DNA of 18,223 bases, from positions 1 through 18,223 of IMG/VR virus record IMGVR_UViG_3300029875_000034. One strand, written 5' to 3'. Under the pieces are notes generated by a model, which had not been told where the DNA came from, searched no databases, and saw only the letters and a list, made by a program, of their open reading frames with translations. Position numbers and translations under genes: made by a program. Below, piece by piece: positions 7,990-16,629 of this stretch (position 1 is the first letter of the stretch; every line of letters starts with the position of its first letter). The stretch is from a virus. Its lineage: Duplodnaviria > Heunggongvirae > Uroviricota > Caudoviricetes.

Positions 7990-9216
7990 ATGGCTGTTGA
8001 TATTAAAGACGTGGAACAGGTCGCGCAGGATTTGCAGCAGAAGTTTGACGATTTTAAGGCAAAAAACGACAAACGTATCGACGCGATCGAGCAGGAAAAG
8101 GGAAAACTTGCCGGTGAAGTGGAAACTCTCAACGAAAAACTGACTGAGCTGGAAAATCTCAAAAACGATCTTGAGGCTGAACTGGCTGAAGTCAAGCGTC
8201 CGGCAGGTGGCACGCAAAATAAAGTTGCCAGTGAGCATAAAGACGCGTTTATCGGATTTATGCGCAAGGGGCGTGAAGACGGTCTGCGTGAGCTTGAGCG
8301 TAAGGCACTGCAGGTGGGCAATGATGAAGATGGTGGTTATGCCATTCCGGAAGAACTGGATCGCACCATTCTGACGCTGCTGAAAGATGAGGTGGTGATG
8401 CGCCAGGAAGCCACTGTGATCACCCTCGGTGGCTCGGATTATAAAAAACTGGTGAATCTGGGCGGCACTAAGTCCGGATGGGTGGGGGAAACGGATACGC
8501 GTCCGGAAACCGCCACCTCAAAACTGGGGCTGATTGAACCCTTTATGGGGGAAATCTACGGCAACCCGCAGGCTACCCAGAAAATGCTCGATGATGCTTT
8601 TTTCAATGTGGAAGACTGGATCAACAGTGAGCTGGCGCTGGAATTTGCCGAACAGGAAGAAATTGCCTTTACCAGTGGCGACGGCAGCAAAAAACCAAAA
8701 GGGTTCCTTGCTTATGAGTCCACCGATGAAGATGACAAGACCCGTGCGTTTGGCAAACTTCAGCACATCGCTTCCGGCGCGGCTTCCGGCGTGACCGCTG
8801 ATGCGATCATTAAACTGATTTACACCCTGCGCAAGGCGCACCGCAGCGGCGCGAAGTTCATGATGAACAACAGCAGCCTGTTTGCCATTCGTCTGTTGAA
8901 GGATAACGACGGAAATTATCTGTGGCGTCCGGGCATTGAGCTGGGGCAGCCTTCTTCTCTGGCAGGGTATGGCATCGTTGAGAATGAGCAGATGCCGGAT
9001 ATTGCCGCCGATGCAAAAGCCATTGCGTTTGGTAACTTCAAACGCGGCTATACCATCGTTGATCGCATCGGTACCCGTATCCTGCGTGACCCGTACACCA
9101 ACAAACCGTTTGTGGGCTTTTATACCACCAAACGAACTGGCGGTATGCTGGTGGATTCTCAGGCGATTAAGCTGATGAAGATCGGCGCTGCGGTCCGCCA
9201 GAAAGCCGCTGCGTAA
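7990..9216 (+). CDS. Major capsid protein (HK97 fold) with N-terminal coiled-coil delta/scaffold domain
   Basis: 408 aa; N-terminal about 100 residues coiled-coil (QDLQQKFDDFKAKNDKRIDAIEQEKGKLAGEVETLNEKLTELENLKNDLEAELAEV); RBS AGGAG upstream. Confidence 0.85.
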   Translation: MAVDIKDVEQVAQDLQQKFDDFKAKNDKRIDAIEQEKGKLAGEVETLNEKLTELENLKNDLEAELAEVKRPAGGTQNKVASEHKDAFIGFMRKGREDGLRELERKALQVGNDEDGGYAIPEELDRTILTLLKDEVVMRQEATVITLGGSDYKKLVNLGGTKSGWVGETDTRPETATSKLGLIEPFMGEIYGNPQATQKMLDDAFFNVEDWINSELALEFAEQEEIAFTSGDGSKKPKGFLAYESTDEDDKTRAFGKLQHIASGAASGVTADAIIKLIYTLRKAHRSGAKFMMNNSSLFAIRLLKDNDGNYLWRPGIELGQPSSLAGYGIVENEQMPDIAADAKAIAFGNFKRGYTIVDRIGTRILRDPYTNKPFVGFYTTKRTGGMLVDSQAIKLMKIGAAVRQKAAA

Positions 9217-9229
9217 TGCAGTTTTTTAT

Positions 9230-9249
9230 GCCCGCACAGTGTTGCGGGC
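9230..9249 (+). other. Perfect 7-bp hairpin (GCCCGCA-CAGTGT-TGCGGGC) right after the capsid gene; possible attenuator or RNA-stability element
   Basis: Exact reverse-complement arms read from sequence; T6 precedes the stem and no U-tract follows, so it is not a classical terminator. Confidence 0.4.
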
Positions 9250-9260
9250 AGGAGTTTCTG

Positions 9261-9578
9261 ATGGCAGCAATAGTGGAAAAACTCAGGGCGCAGTGCCGTA
9301 TTGATACAGATGATGCAACTGATGATGAGTTACTGATGCTGTATTTCCGGGCTGCCTGCCGCAAGGCAGAAAATTTTATCAACCGTAAGCTTTATGAGGA
9401 GACGGTGCCGGAGGGGGATCCAGAAGGGGTGCTTATAACTGATGATGTTTTGCTGGCGCTTATGTTGCTGGTCGGGCACTGGTACGAAAACCGGGAAAAT
9501 TCCTCAGATGTCAGCAAGGCACCAATCCCGTTTGGTTTTTCTTCTCTGCTGGAGCCTTATCGTTTTATTCCTGTGTAG
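9261..9578 (+). CDS. Head-tail connector protein (phage gp6-like)
   Basis: Start ATG 9261 preferred (RBS AGGAG at 9250-9254); the ORF-track start 9216 would overlap the hairpin. Position after the capsid gene. Confidence 0.6.
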   Translation: MAAIVEKLRAQCRIDTDDATDDELLMLYFRAACRKAENFINRKLYEETVPEGDPEGVLITDDVLLALMLLVGHWYENRENSSDVSKAPIPFGFSSLLEPYRFIPV

Positions 9579-9586
9579 GAGGAAGC

Positions 9587-9925
9587 ATGCAGGCGGGCAG
9601 ATTACGTGATCGCGTAATTATTCTGAATGTCACCACCGCCCGCTCTCCGTCAGGGCATCCGGTGGAGACGGTGACGGAGGGAGCTACCGTATGGGCAGAA
9701 GTTAAGGGTATCAGCGGGAGGGAGATAATCTCAGGCGGAGCAGAAACCGCTCAGGCTACGGTCAGAGTCTGGATGAGATTCCGACGCGATGTGACAGCGA
9801 CTTCTCGTCTGAAAGTGCTGACCGGTGCATTTAAAGGGGCCATTCTGGGTATAGAAGGTCCACCAATACCGGATGCACGCGCTACCCGGCTTGAAATACT
9901 CTGCAGCCTGAAGGGGAATGTGTGA
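9587..9925 (+). CDS. Head-tail adaptor / head closure protein
   Basis: 112 aa; RBS GGAGGAAG upstream; size and position typical of HK97-like modules. Confidence 0.6.
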   Translation: MQAGRLRDRVIILNVTTARSPSGHPVETVTEGATVWAEVKGISGREIISGGAETAQATVRVWMRFRRDVTATSRLKVLTGAFKGAILGIEGPPIPDARATRLEILCSLKGNV

Positions 9926-10371
9926 TGGATTTCAGTCTTGATTTTTCCGGCCTGGCGGATATTGCACGGGATCTGGAGACGCTCAGCAGGGCAGAAAACA
10001 ATAAGGTTCTGCGCGATGCCACCCGTGCCGGTGCTGAAGTTATGCGGGATGCAGTTGTTGAACGTGCGCCGGAGCGAACCGGGAAACTGAAGAAAAATGT
10101 GGTTGTTCTCACGCAGCGTTCAAAGCGTCGGGGAGAAATTATCTCGGGTGTCCACATTCGCGGACGGAACCTGCGAACCGGAAACAGTGATAACAGCATG
10201 AAAGCCAGCGATCCCCGAAATGCGTTTTACTGGCGCTTTGTGGAGCTGGGAACGATAAACATGCCCGCGCATCCATTCATTCGCCCGGCTTTCGATACGA
10301 CAGAGGAGCTGGCGGCGCAGGTTGCCATACAGCGAATGAATCAGGCTATTGATGAGGTCTTAAGTAAATGA
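9925..10371 (+). CDS. HK97 gp10-family neck/tail-component protein
   Basis: About 148 aa; C-terminal motif AHPFIRPAF typical of the gp10 family; start overlaps the upstream stop (TGATG). Confidence 0.6.
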   Translation: MDFSLDFSGLADIARDLETLSRAENNKVLRDATRAGAEVMRDAVVERAPERTGKLKKNVVVLTQRSKRRGEIISGVHIRGRNLRTGNSDNSMKASDPRNAFYWRFVELGTINMPAHPFIRPAFDTTEELAAQVAIQRMNQAIDEVLSK

Positions 10372-10712
10372 GGGAGGCCACACTGTATTCCCTGCTGTCT
10401 CAGCTGGCCGGAGGACAGGTATATCCTTATGTGGTCCCGCTGACGGAGGGAAAGCCTGCGGTATCTCCGCCGTGGCTGGTGTTTTCTGTGGTGTCTGACA
10501 CGGCGTCTGATGTGCTTGATGGTCAGGCTGAATCCAGAATTGTCGTGCAGATCGATGTCTGGGCAACAGTACCTGATGACGCAGATGATATTCGTGAGCA
10601 GGCGCTTGATGCAGTAAGGAAACTGGCACCCTCCGTTATTTCTAAAACGCAGGGGTATGATCCTGACTCCCGTCTGAGCAGAGCCACGCTTGAATTTCAG
10701 GTAATAGCCTGA
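10368..10712 (+). CDS. Tail completion / tail terminator-like protein (DUF3168-like)
   Basis: 114 aa; ATGA start-stop overlap with the upstream gene; last gene before the tail tube. Confidence 0.5.
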   Translation: MREATLYSLLSQLAGGQVYPYVVPLTEGKPAVSPPWLVFSVVSDTASDVLDGQAESRIVVQIDVWATVPDDADDIREQALDAVRKLAPSVISKTQGYDPDSRLSRATLEFQVIA

Positions 10713-10733
10713 GGTCGTTAATGATTTTACCCA

Positions 10734-10759
10734 CCCGCCGCTGGCGGGGTTTTTTTTTT
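10734..10759 (+). terminator. Intrinsic terminator upstream of the major tail gene
   Basis: Stem CCCGCC (10734-10739) / GGCGGG (10743-10748) followed by T9 (10751-10759); RBS AGGAG and ATG 10772 follow directly. Confidence 0.65.
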
Positions 10760-10771
10760 CAGGAGACGAGT

Positions 10772-11476
10772 ATGTCCTCTAATTTTGAGCGTTCGCAACT
10801 GACGAAAATTATGATTTCGTCTGCACCGGTAACAGCAGAAACCCTGGATTCTGCCAGCTATCTTGGCCTGAGCTGTACAATCAAAGAGGTGCAGTTTACC
10901 GCAGGACAAAAGCAGGATATTGATGTCACCACGCTGTGTTCTGTTGAGCAGGAAAATATTAACGGTCTTGGTGCCGCGTCAGAGATTTCCATGTCAGGCA
11001 ACTTTTACCTCAATGCTGCCCAGAACGCGTTGCGCAGTGCCTATGACAATGACACCACGTATGGCTTTAAAGTTATTTTTCCGTCAGGAAACGGATTTAC
11101 CTTTATGGCAGAGGTGCGTCAGCATACCTGGTCTGCAGGAACCAATGGTGTTGTGGCTGCAACGTTTTCCCTGCGCCTGAAAGGTAAACCTGTGCTGACG
11201 ACAGAGCCGCTGAAAGTGAAGGTCGATTTAAACAGCACGCTGCAGGTTTCTGCCGGAGCGAAACTCGAAATGGTGGTTGAGGCTGCCGGTGGTGTGCCGC
11301 CTTATTCTTATGTCTGGAAGAAAGGTAGTTCTCCTGTTTCCGGACAGACGGCGGCAACGTTCAGTAAGGCATCAGCAGCATCTGGTGATGCCGGTGCGTA
11401 TACCTGCGAGATTTCTGATTCAGCAAGCCCGGTTAACAAAGTGACCTCCACTTCCTGCACTGTAACCGTCAGTTAA
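10772..11476 (+). CDS. Major tail tube protein with C-terminal Ig-like domain
   Basis: Start ATG 10772 (RBS AGGAG at 10761-10765); C-terminal region with GAYTCEISDS...TVTVS resembles an Ig-like domain with a Y-x-C motif. Confidence 0.75.
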   Translation: MSSNFERSQLTKIMISSAPVTAETLDSASYLGLSCTIKEVQFTAGQKQDIDVTTLCSVEQENINGLGAASEISMSGNFYLNAAQNALRSAYDNDTTYGFKVIFPSGNGFTFMAEVRQHTWSAGTNGVVAATFSLRLKGKPVLTTEPLKVKVDLNSTLQVSAGAKLEMVVEAAGGVPPYSYVWKKGSSPVSGQTAATFSKASAASGDAGAYTCEISDSASPVNKVTSTSCTVTVS

Positions 11477-11490
11477 TGAGGATGGATGTG

Positions 11491-11862
11491 ATGACTAAAA
11501 ATATCCGTAATCTGGCACTGGCAACGATGTCGGGGTTTCGCCATAAAACCGTTGATGTGCCTGAATGGGAGGGAGCAACGGTTGTATTACGGGAACCTTC
11601 TGCAGAAGCCTGGTTGCGCTGGCAGGAGATCGTTAAAGCAAAAGATGATGAGACACCGTTATCCGTTGCGGAGCGCGCCCGCCGAAATCTGGAAGCGGAT
11701 GTTGAACTGTTCATCGATGTTCTGTGTGATACCGGACTGCAACCTGTATTTTCAGAGGATGATCGTGAACAGGTGATTGCCGTGTATGGCCCGGTGCATG
11801 CGCGGCTTCTTCGGCAGTCTCTGGAACTGATCAGTGATGCCGGAGAGGTTAAAAAAAAGTAG
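11491..11862 (+). CDS. Tail assembly chaperone (gpG-like)
   Basis: Start ATG 11491 preferred (RBS GAGGA at 11479-11483); ends ...EVKKK with the slippery site in its last codons. Confidence 0.7.
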   Translation: MTKNIRNLALATMSGFRHKTVDVPEWEGATVVLREPSAEAWLRWQEIVKAKDDETPLSVAERARRNLEADVELFIDVLCDTGLQPVFSEDDREQVIAVYGPVHARLLRQSLELISDAGEVKKK

Positions 11863-12164
11863 CGCTTCCGGGGATGCGTTTTCTGATGATGCTGGCGCTC
11901 AGGATGGGGCGCACATTGTCAGAGTTACGCCGGGAAATGTCCGCATCAGAAATCATGATGTGGGCAGAATTTGACAGGTTCAGCCCGCTGGGAGACGAAC
12001 GGGCTGATATCCGGGCTGCCCAGATTGTTTCAGCTGTTTACGGTGCGCAGGGGGTCAAAGTGCCACTGAATGATGCGCTTCTTCAGTGGGAGAAGGAGCA
12101 GACAGAAGGCGCTTCAGATCCATTTGCCGGACTGGAAAACGCGCTTTTAATAGTGTCTCAGTGA
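11491..12164 (+). CDS. Tail assembly chaperone G-T fusion product made by -1 frameshift at 11853-11859
   Basis: The downstream ORF (11874..12164) is in the -1 frame relative to G and has no credible independent RBS; the conserved G/GT arrangement of long-tailed phages. Confidence 0.65.
11853..11859 (+). other. Programmed -1 ribosomal frameshift slippery heptamer A AAA AAG
   Basis: Heptamer in X XXY YYZ register at the end of the G-like ORF; the -1 frame is open from here through 12164. Confidence 0.7.
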
Positions 12165-12172
12165 GTCAACAT

Positions 12173-12194
12173 AACCGCTTCGGCGGTTTTTTTT
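12173..12194 (+). terminator. Intrinsic terminator-like hairpin between G-T and the tape measure gene
   Basis: Stem AACCGC (12173-12178), loop TTCG, stem GCGGTT, then a T8 run (12187-12194). Confidence 0.55.
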
Positions 12195-12204
12195 CGTCCG
12201 GAGA

Positions 12205-15200
12205 ATGAGTGTGGCGACATTACGTGAACTGATTATTAAAATCTCGGCAAACTCCCGGTCATTCCAGTCAGAGATCTCCCGGGCTTCGCGTATGGGGCAG
12301 GATTACTACCGCACCATGCAGAACGGAGGCCAACAGTTTGCTGCTGCCTCCCGTGAAATGCGGCGTGCACTGGCAGAAGTGACGGATCAGATAAATACAG
12401 CTAAATCTTCGGCACTGAATATGGCGGGGGCATTTGCCGGGGCTTTTGCTACCGGTCATCTTATTTCTCTCGCCGATGAGTGGAATTCAGTAAATGCCCG
12501 TCTGAAGCAGGCCTCACAGTCCAGTGATGATTTTCAGGCATCACAGCGTGAATTAATGGCGATCAGCCAGAGAACGGGGACGGCGTTTTCTGATAACGCC
12601 AGCCTTTTTGCCCGTTCTGCAGCTTCCATGCGGGAGTATGGTTACAGTTCTGAGGAGGTACTGAAAGTCACCGAGGCGATCTCCACGGGCCTGAAATTAT
12701 CCGGTGCCAGTACAGCAGAAGCCAGTTCGGTGATCACGCAGTTCAGTCAGGCACTGGCGCAGGGAGTGCTGCGCGGTGAAGAGTTTAACTCGGTGAATGA
12801 GAACGGCGATCGTGTTATTCGTGCGCTGGCTGCGGGAATGGGGGTTGCCCGTAAGGATCTGAAGGCCATGGCGGATAACGGAAAACTGACCGCCGATAAG
12901 GTTGTTCCTGCACTGATTAGTCAGCTTGGGGCATTACGTGATGAATATGCGGCAATGCCTGATACGGTTTCATCCTCTGCAACCAAAGTTGAAAACGCCT
13001 TTATGGCCTGGGTTGGTGGTGCGAATGAGGCAAGCGGAGTGACGAAGACGCTCTCCGGTGTGCTGAATGGTATTGCAGGCAATATTGACACTGTGGCAAC
13101 CGCTGCCGGTGCTCTGGTTGCCGTCGGGGTAGCCCGATATTTTGGCAATATGGCGTCTTCTGCTGGATCTGCAACTGCCGGATTAATTACTGCAGCCAGA
13201 AACGAAGTGGCTCTTGCGGAAGCGCAGCTCCGGGGGACACAGATAGCAACAGCCAGGGCGCGTGCGGCGGTTTATCGTGCGCAACAGGCGGTTGTTGCTG
13301 CTCGCGGTACCGAAAGGCAGGCAGCCGCAGAAGCGAAACTGGCTGCTGCCCAGGCATCACTTACCCGTAATATTGCGGCCAGAACAGCAGCACAGACAAC
13401 GCTGAATACTGTCACGTCAGTGGGAAGTCGTCTGTTAAGTGGAGCACTGGGACTGGTTGGTGGGGTGCCGGGGCTTGTCATGCTGGGGGCCGCGGCCTGG
13501 TACACGATGTATCAGAATCAGGAGCAGGCCAGAGAATCTGCACGCCAGTATGCCGCAACAATCGACGAAATTCGCCAGAAAACGTCGGCAATGTCGCTTC
13601 CTGAAGCGTCAGATAATGAGGAAAAGACGCGGCAGGCACTTGATGAGCAAAACAGGTTAATTGACGAGCAGAAAAGTAAGATTAAATCCTTACAGGAAAA
13701 AATTGCTGGCTATCAGTATGTGCTGGCAAACCCGGGCTGGACAACCGATAACGGTTTTATGATTAACCACATGACGTCGGTAAAAACTGTCACAGAAGGG
13801 CTTGCAGAAGCAACAAATCAACTGGCAGTTGAACAGTCTCGCCTCACTCAAATGCAGGGCAAAGCGCAATCCATTCAGGATGTGCTTGCCGGGCTGGAGG
13901 AGCGACGGGTGGCGTTGATCCGTCAACAGGCGGCGGAACAAAATAAAGCGTATCAGTCCCTGTTGATCATGAATGGGCAGCATACCGAGTTTAATCGCCT
14001 TCTCGGGCTTGGTAATGAATTACTTCAGCAGCGACAGGGGCTGGTGAATGTACCGTTACGGCTACCACAGGCAACTCTGGATGATAAACAGCAGACCGCA
14101 CTGAATAACAGCAAGCGCGAACTGGCTCTGTCCCGCCTGAAGGGGGAAGCGCGTGAGCGTGCCCGACTGGGCTATGCTGCGGATGATCTCGGCTTTGTGG
14201 GGGAGGCGTATCAGACAGCCAGACAGAATTATATCAATAACTCACTGGATGCCTGGCGAAATAACCAGGCAAATAAACCCAAAACGCATAAAAAGACCGA
14301 AGCGGAAAAAACAGAAGATATTTATAAACGGCTGATTAAACAGCAAAAAGAACAGATAGCACTGGCAGGGCAGAATACTGAACTGGCTAAGATGAAATAT
14401 CAGGTCAGTCAGGGCGAATTATCAACCCTGTCAGAAGCGCAGAAAAAAACGCTTTTGCAGAATGCAGCACTCATCGACCAGAAAAAGATTCGTGAGCAGC
14501 TTGCCGCGTATGAAAGCAGTCTGGCGGACAGTAATGCCAGTGCCCGGGCATCTGACGACGCGCAGTTGCTGGGATATGGTGAAGGCTCACGGATGCGTGA
14601 ACGACTCCAGGAAATGTGGAGTATCCGGCAGGCGTTTGAGCAGAAAAATAACGAGCTACTGAGACAGTATCAGGCCGGAGAAATTGAAGAAGCCCTGTGG
14701 AAACAGGAAAAATCGCTGAATGAAAAATATCTGGAAGAGCGTCTCAGCGATCAGCAGGATTATTATGCAAAGGCTGATGCTTTACGCAGTGACTGGAATG
14801 CCGGCCTCCAGGAGGGACTGACCAACTGGGCAGACAGTGCCACCGATTATGCTTCGCAGGCGGCAGATGCTGTCGTTTCCACTATGGACGGGCTGGTATC
14901 AAATATTTCCGATGCACTGGCCGGAAATGTTGTGGACTGGCGAAACTGGGGGAGTTCAATTCTCCAGGAAGTTTCAAAAATTCTGATGAACGCTGCCATC
15001 GTTAACGGGCTGAAGTCACTTTCCAAAAGCATGTCCGGTGCCGGAGGATGGCTTGGTACGGTCGGCGACTGGCTTTCCGGTGCAGTGGCAAACGCAAAAG
15101 GTGGTGTTTATACATCTGCAAATCTGAGTGCTTACAGTAACACCATTGTGGATACCCCGACGTATTTTGCTTTTGCGAAAGGTGCCGGGCTGATGGGCGA

Positions 15201-15450
15201 GGCCGGGCCTGAAGCTATCATGCCACTGACCCGGGCAGCGGACGGCTCTCTTGGAGTCAGAGCCATTGGCAATGTGAATGGTGGCGGGGGATTTGTTTAT
15301 TCTCCCGTGTATCACATCAGTATTCAGAATAAAGGGAGCAATGGCGAGATAGATACGCAGTCAGCCAGGGGGCTGGTGGATCTGATCGACAGCAGGGTTG
15401 TGTCAATTATGCAGTCATCACGTCGGGACGGAGGATTATACAGTGCCTGA
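12205..15450 (+). CDS. Tail tape measure protein (lambda gpH family)
   Basis: 1081 aa, Ala/Gln-rich coiled-coil with hydrophobic segments; the C-terminal region resembles the lambda gpH C-terminus as recalled. Confidence 0.85.
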   Translation: MSVATLRELIIKISANSRSFQSEISRASRMGQDYYRTMQNGGQQFAAASREMRRALAEVTDQINTAKSSALNMAGAFAGAFATGHLISLADEWNSVNARLKQASQSSDDFQASQRELMAISQRTGTAFSDNASLFARSAASMREYGYSSEEVLKVTEAISTGLKLSGASTAEASSVITQFSQALAQGVLRGEEFNSVNENGDRVIRALAAGMGVARKDLKAMADNGKLTADKVVPALISQLGALRDEYAAMPDTVSSSATKVENAFMAWVGGANEASGVTKTLSGVLNGIAGNIDTVATAAGALVAVGVARYFGNMASSAGSATAGLITAARNEVALAEAQLRGTQIATARARAAVYRAQQAVVAARGTERQAAAEAKLAAAQASLTRNIAARTAAQTTLNTVTSVGSRLLSGALGLVGGVPGLVMLGAAAWYTMYQNQEQARESARQYAATIDEIRQKTSAMSLPEASDNEEKTRQALDEQNRLIDEQKSKIKSLQEKIAGYQYVLANPGWTTDNGFMINHMTSVKTVTEGLAEATNQLAVEQSRLTQMQGKAQSIQDVLAGLEERRVALIRQQAAEQNKAYQSLLIMNGQHTEFNRLLGLGNELLQQRQGLVNVPLRLPQATLDDKQQTALNNSKRELALSRLKGEARERARLGYAADDLGFVGEAYQTARQNYINNSLDAWRNNQANKPKTHKKTEAEKTEDIYKRLIKQQKEQIALAGQNTELAKMKYQVSQGELSTLSEAQKKTLLQNAALIDQKKIREQLAAYESSLADSNASARASDDAQLLGYGEGSRMRERLQEMWSIRQAFEQKNNELLRQYQAGEIEEALWKQEKSLNEKYLEERLSDQQDYYAKADALRSDWNAGLQEGLTNWADSATDYASQAADAVVSTMDGLVSNISDALAGNVVDWRNWGSSILQEVSKILMNAAIVNGLKSLSKSMSGAGGWLGTVGDWLSGAVANAKGGVYTSANLSAYSNTIVDTPTYFAFAKGAGLMGEAGPEAIMPLTRAADGSLGVRAIGNVNGGGGFVYSPVYHISIQNKGSNGEIDTQSARGLVDLIDSRVVSIMQSSRRDGGLYSA

Positions 15451-15784
15451 GCCTGAAGTTTTTAACTGGATCCCCCGCGAGGGGATGGAGACGACACGAA
15501 AGCCATCTGTTATTACGGTAAAGTTCGGTGACGGATATGAACAGCGGCGGGCTGGTGGTCTGAATGCGGATCTGAAAACGTTTAAACCGGTGTTTCGTGT
15601 CACAGATGAATATTCCCGTGCTGCGCTGGACAGTTTTTTATCCCGTCATGCCGGGATACGTGCTTTTTTGTGGCGTCCGCCAAAACACAACAGAACCGTC
15701 CGGGTTGTCTGCAGGGAGTGGAGTATTTCGGATAATGCCATGTATACCGATTTTAACTGTACCTTTGAAGAGGTCACTCACTGA
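15443..15784 (+). CDS. M: Minor tail protein M
   Basis: VKFGDGYEQRRAGGLNADLKTF matches lambda gpM VRFGDGYSQRAPAGLNANLKTY as recalled; start GTG 15443 with RBS GGAGGA at 15430-15435, overlapping the tape-measure stop. Confidence 0.8.
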   Translation: MPEPEVFNWIPREGMETTRKPSVITVKFGDGYEQRRAGGLNADLKTFKPVFRVTDEYSRAALDSFLSRHAGIRAFLWRPPKHNRTVRVVCREWSISDNAMYTDFNCTFEEVTH

Positions 15785-16482
15785 TGCAGGATATACAGCA
15801 GGAAACACTGAATGAGTGTACAAAAGCGGAGCAATCCGCGCTGGTCGTGCTCTGGGAAGTCGATCTGACAGAAGTCGGCGGAGAGCGTTATTTTTTCTGT
15901 AATGAGCAGAACGAAAAAGGTGAGTCAGTCACCTGGCAGGGGCGACAGTATCAGGCGTACCCTATTCAGGGAAGCGGCTTTGAGATGAACGGCAAAGGAG
16001 CCAGTGCAAGACCAACGCTGAAAGTCTCTAACCTGCACGGCATGGTCACCGGGATGGCGGAAGACCTGCAAAGTCTGGTCGGCGGAACGGTGGTCAGGCG
16101 TAAGGTTTACGCCCGTTTTCTGGATGCGGTGAACTTCGTCAACGGAAACAGTGACGCCGATCCGGAGCAGGAGGTGATCAGCCGCTGGCGCATCGAGCAG
16201 TGCAGCGAACTGAGCGCGGTCAGTGCCTCCTTTGTGTTGTCCACACCGACGGAAACGGATGGTGCCGTTTTTCCGGGGCGCACCATGCTGGCCAACACCT
16301 GCACCTGGACCTATCGCGGTGATGAGTGCGGTTATAATGGTCCGGCTGTCGCGGATGAATATGACCAGCCGACGTCCGATATCACGAAGGATAAATGTAG
16401 CAAATGCCTGAGTGGCTGTAAGTTTCGCAATAACGTCGGCAACTTTGGCGGCTTCCTTTCCATTAACAAACTTTCGCAGTAA
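15784..16482 (+). CDS. L: Minor tail protein L
   Basis: 232 aa, near-identical along its length to lambda gpL as recalled (MQDIQQETLNECT...GGFLSINKLSQ); ATGA start-stop overlap with M. Confidence 0.9.
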   Translation: MQDIQQETLNECTKAEQSALVVLWEVDLTEVGGERYFFCNEQNEKGESVTWQGRQYQAYPIQGSGFEMNGKGASARPTLKVSNLHGMVTGMAEDLQSLVGGTVVRRKVYARFLDAVNFVNGNSDADPEQEVISRWRIEQCSELSAVSASFVLSTPTETDGAVFPGRTMLANTCTWTYRGDECGYNGPAVADEYDQPTSDITKDKCSKCLSGCKFRNNVGNFGGFLSINKLSQ

Positions 16483-16487
16483 ATGTA

Positions 16488-16499
16488 ATGAACGCATCC
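16488..16499 (+). repeat. Left sub-terminal inverted repeat of the IS (ATGAACGCATCC)
   Basis: Exact reverse complement of 17909-17920. Confidence 0.7.
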
Positions 16500-16629
16500 C
16501 CAATCATCAAATCCGGAGCACTGTGATGGATGGGGAGAATATCGGGAAGGTGTGGAACCTGGCAGATTTCCGGCATCATAGTGCCCAATACGGGATGCAG
16601 AAAGCTCCCTCAGACTGGAGACTCCACAA

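Noticed and set aside
12205-15450. Minus-strand ORFs inside the tape measure gene (e.g. 13690-13983) and an apparent Ala-rich low-complexity segment
   Set aside because: Tape measure proteins are normally Ala/Gln-rich coiled coils; the antisense ORFs lack start signals and are compositional artefacts.
15925-16503. 192-aa minus-strand ORF overlapping the L gene
   Set aside because: Antisense to a gene near-identical to lambda L; an artefact of GC-rich coding sequence.
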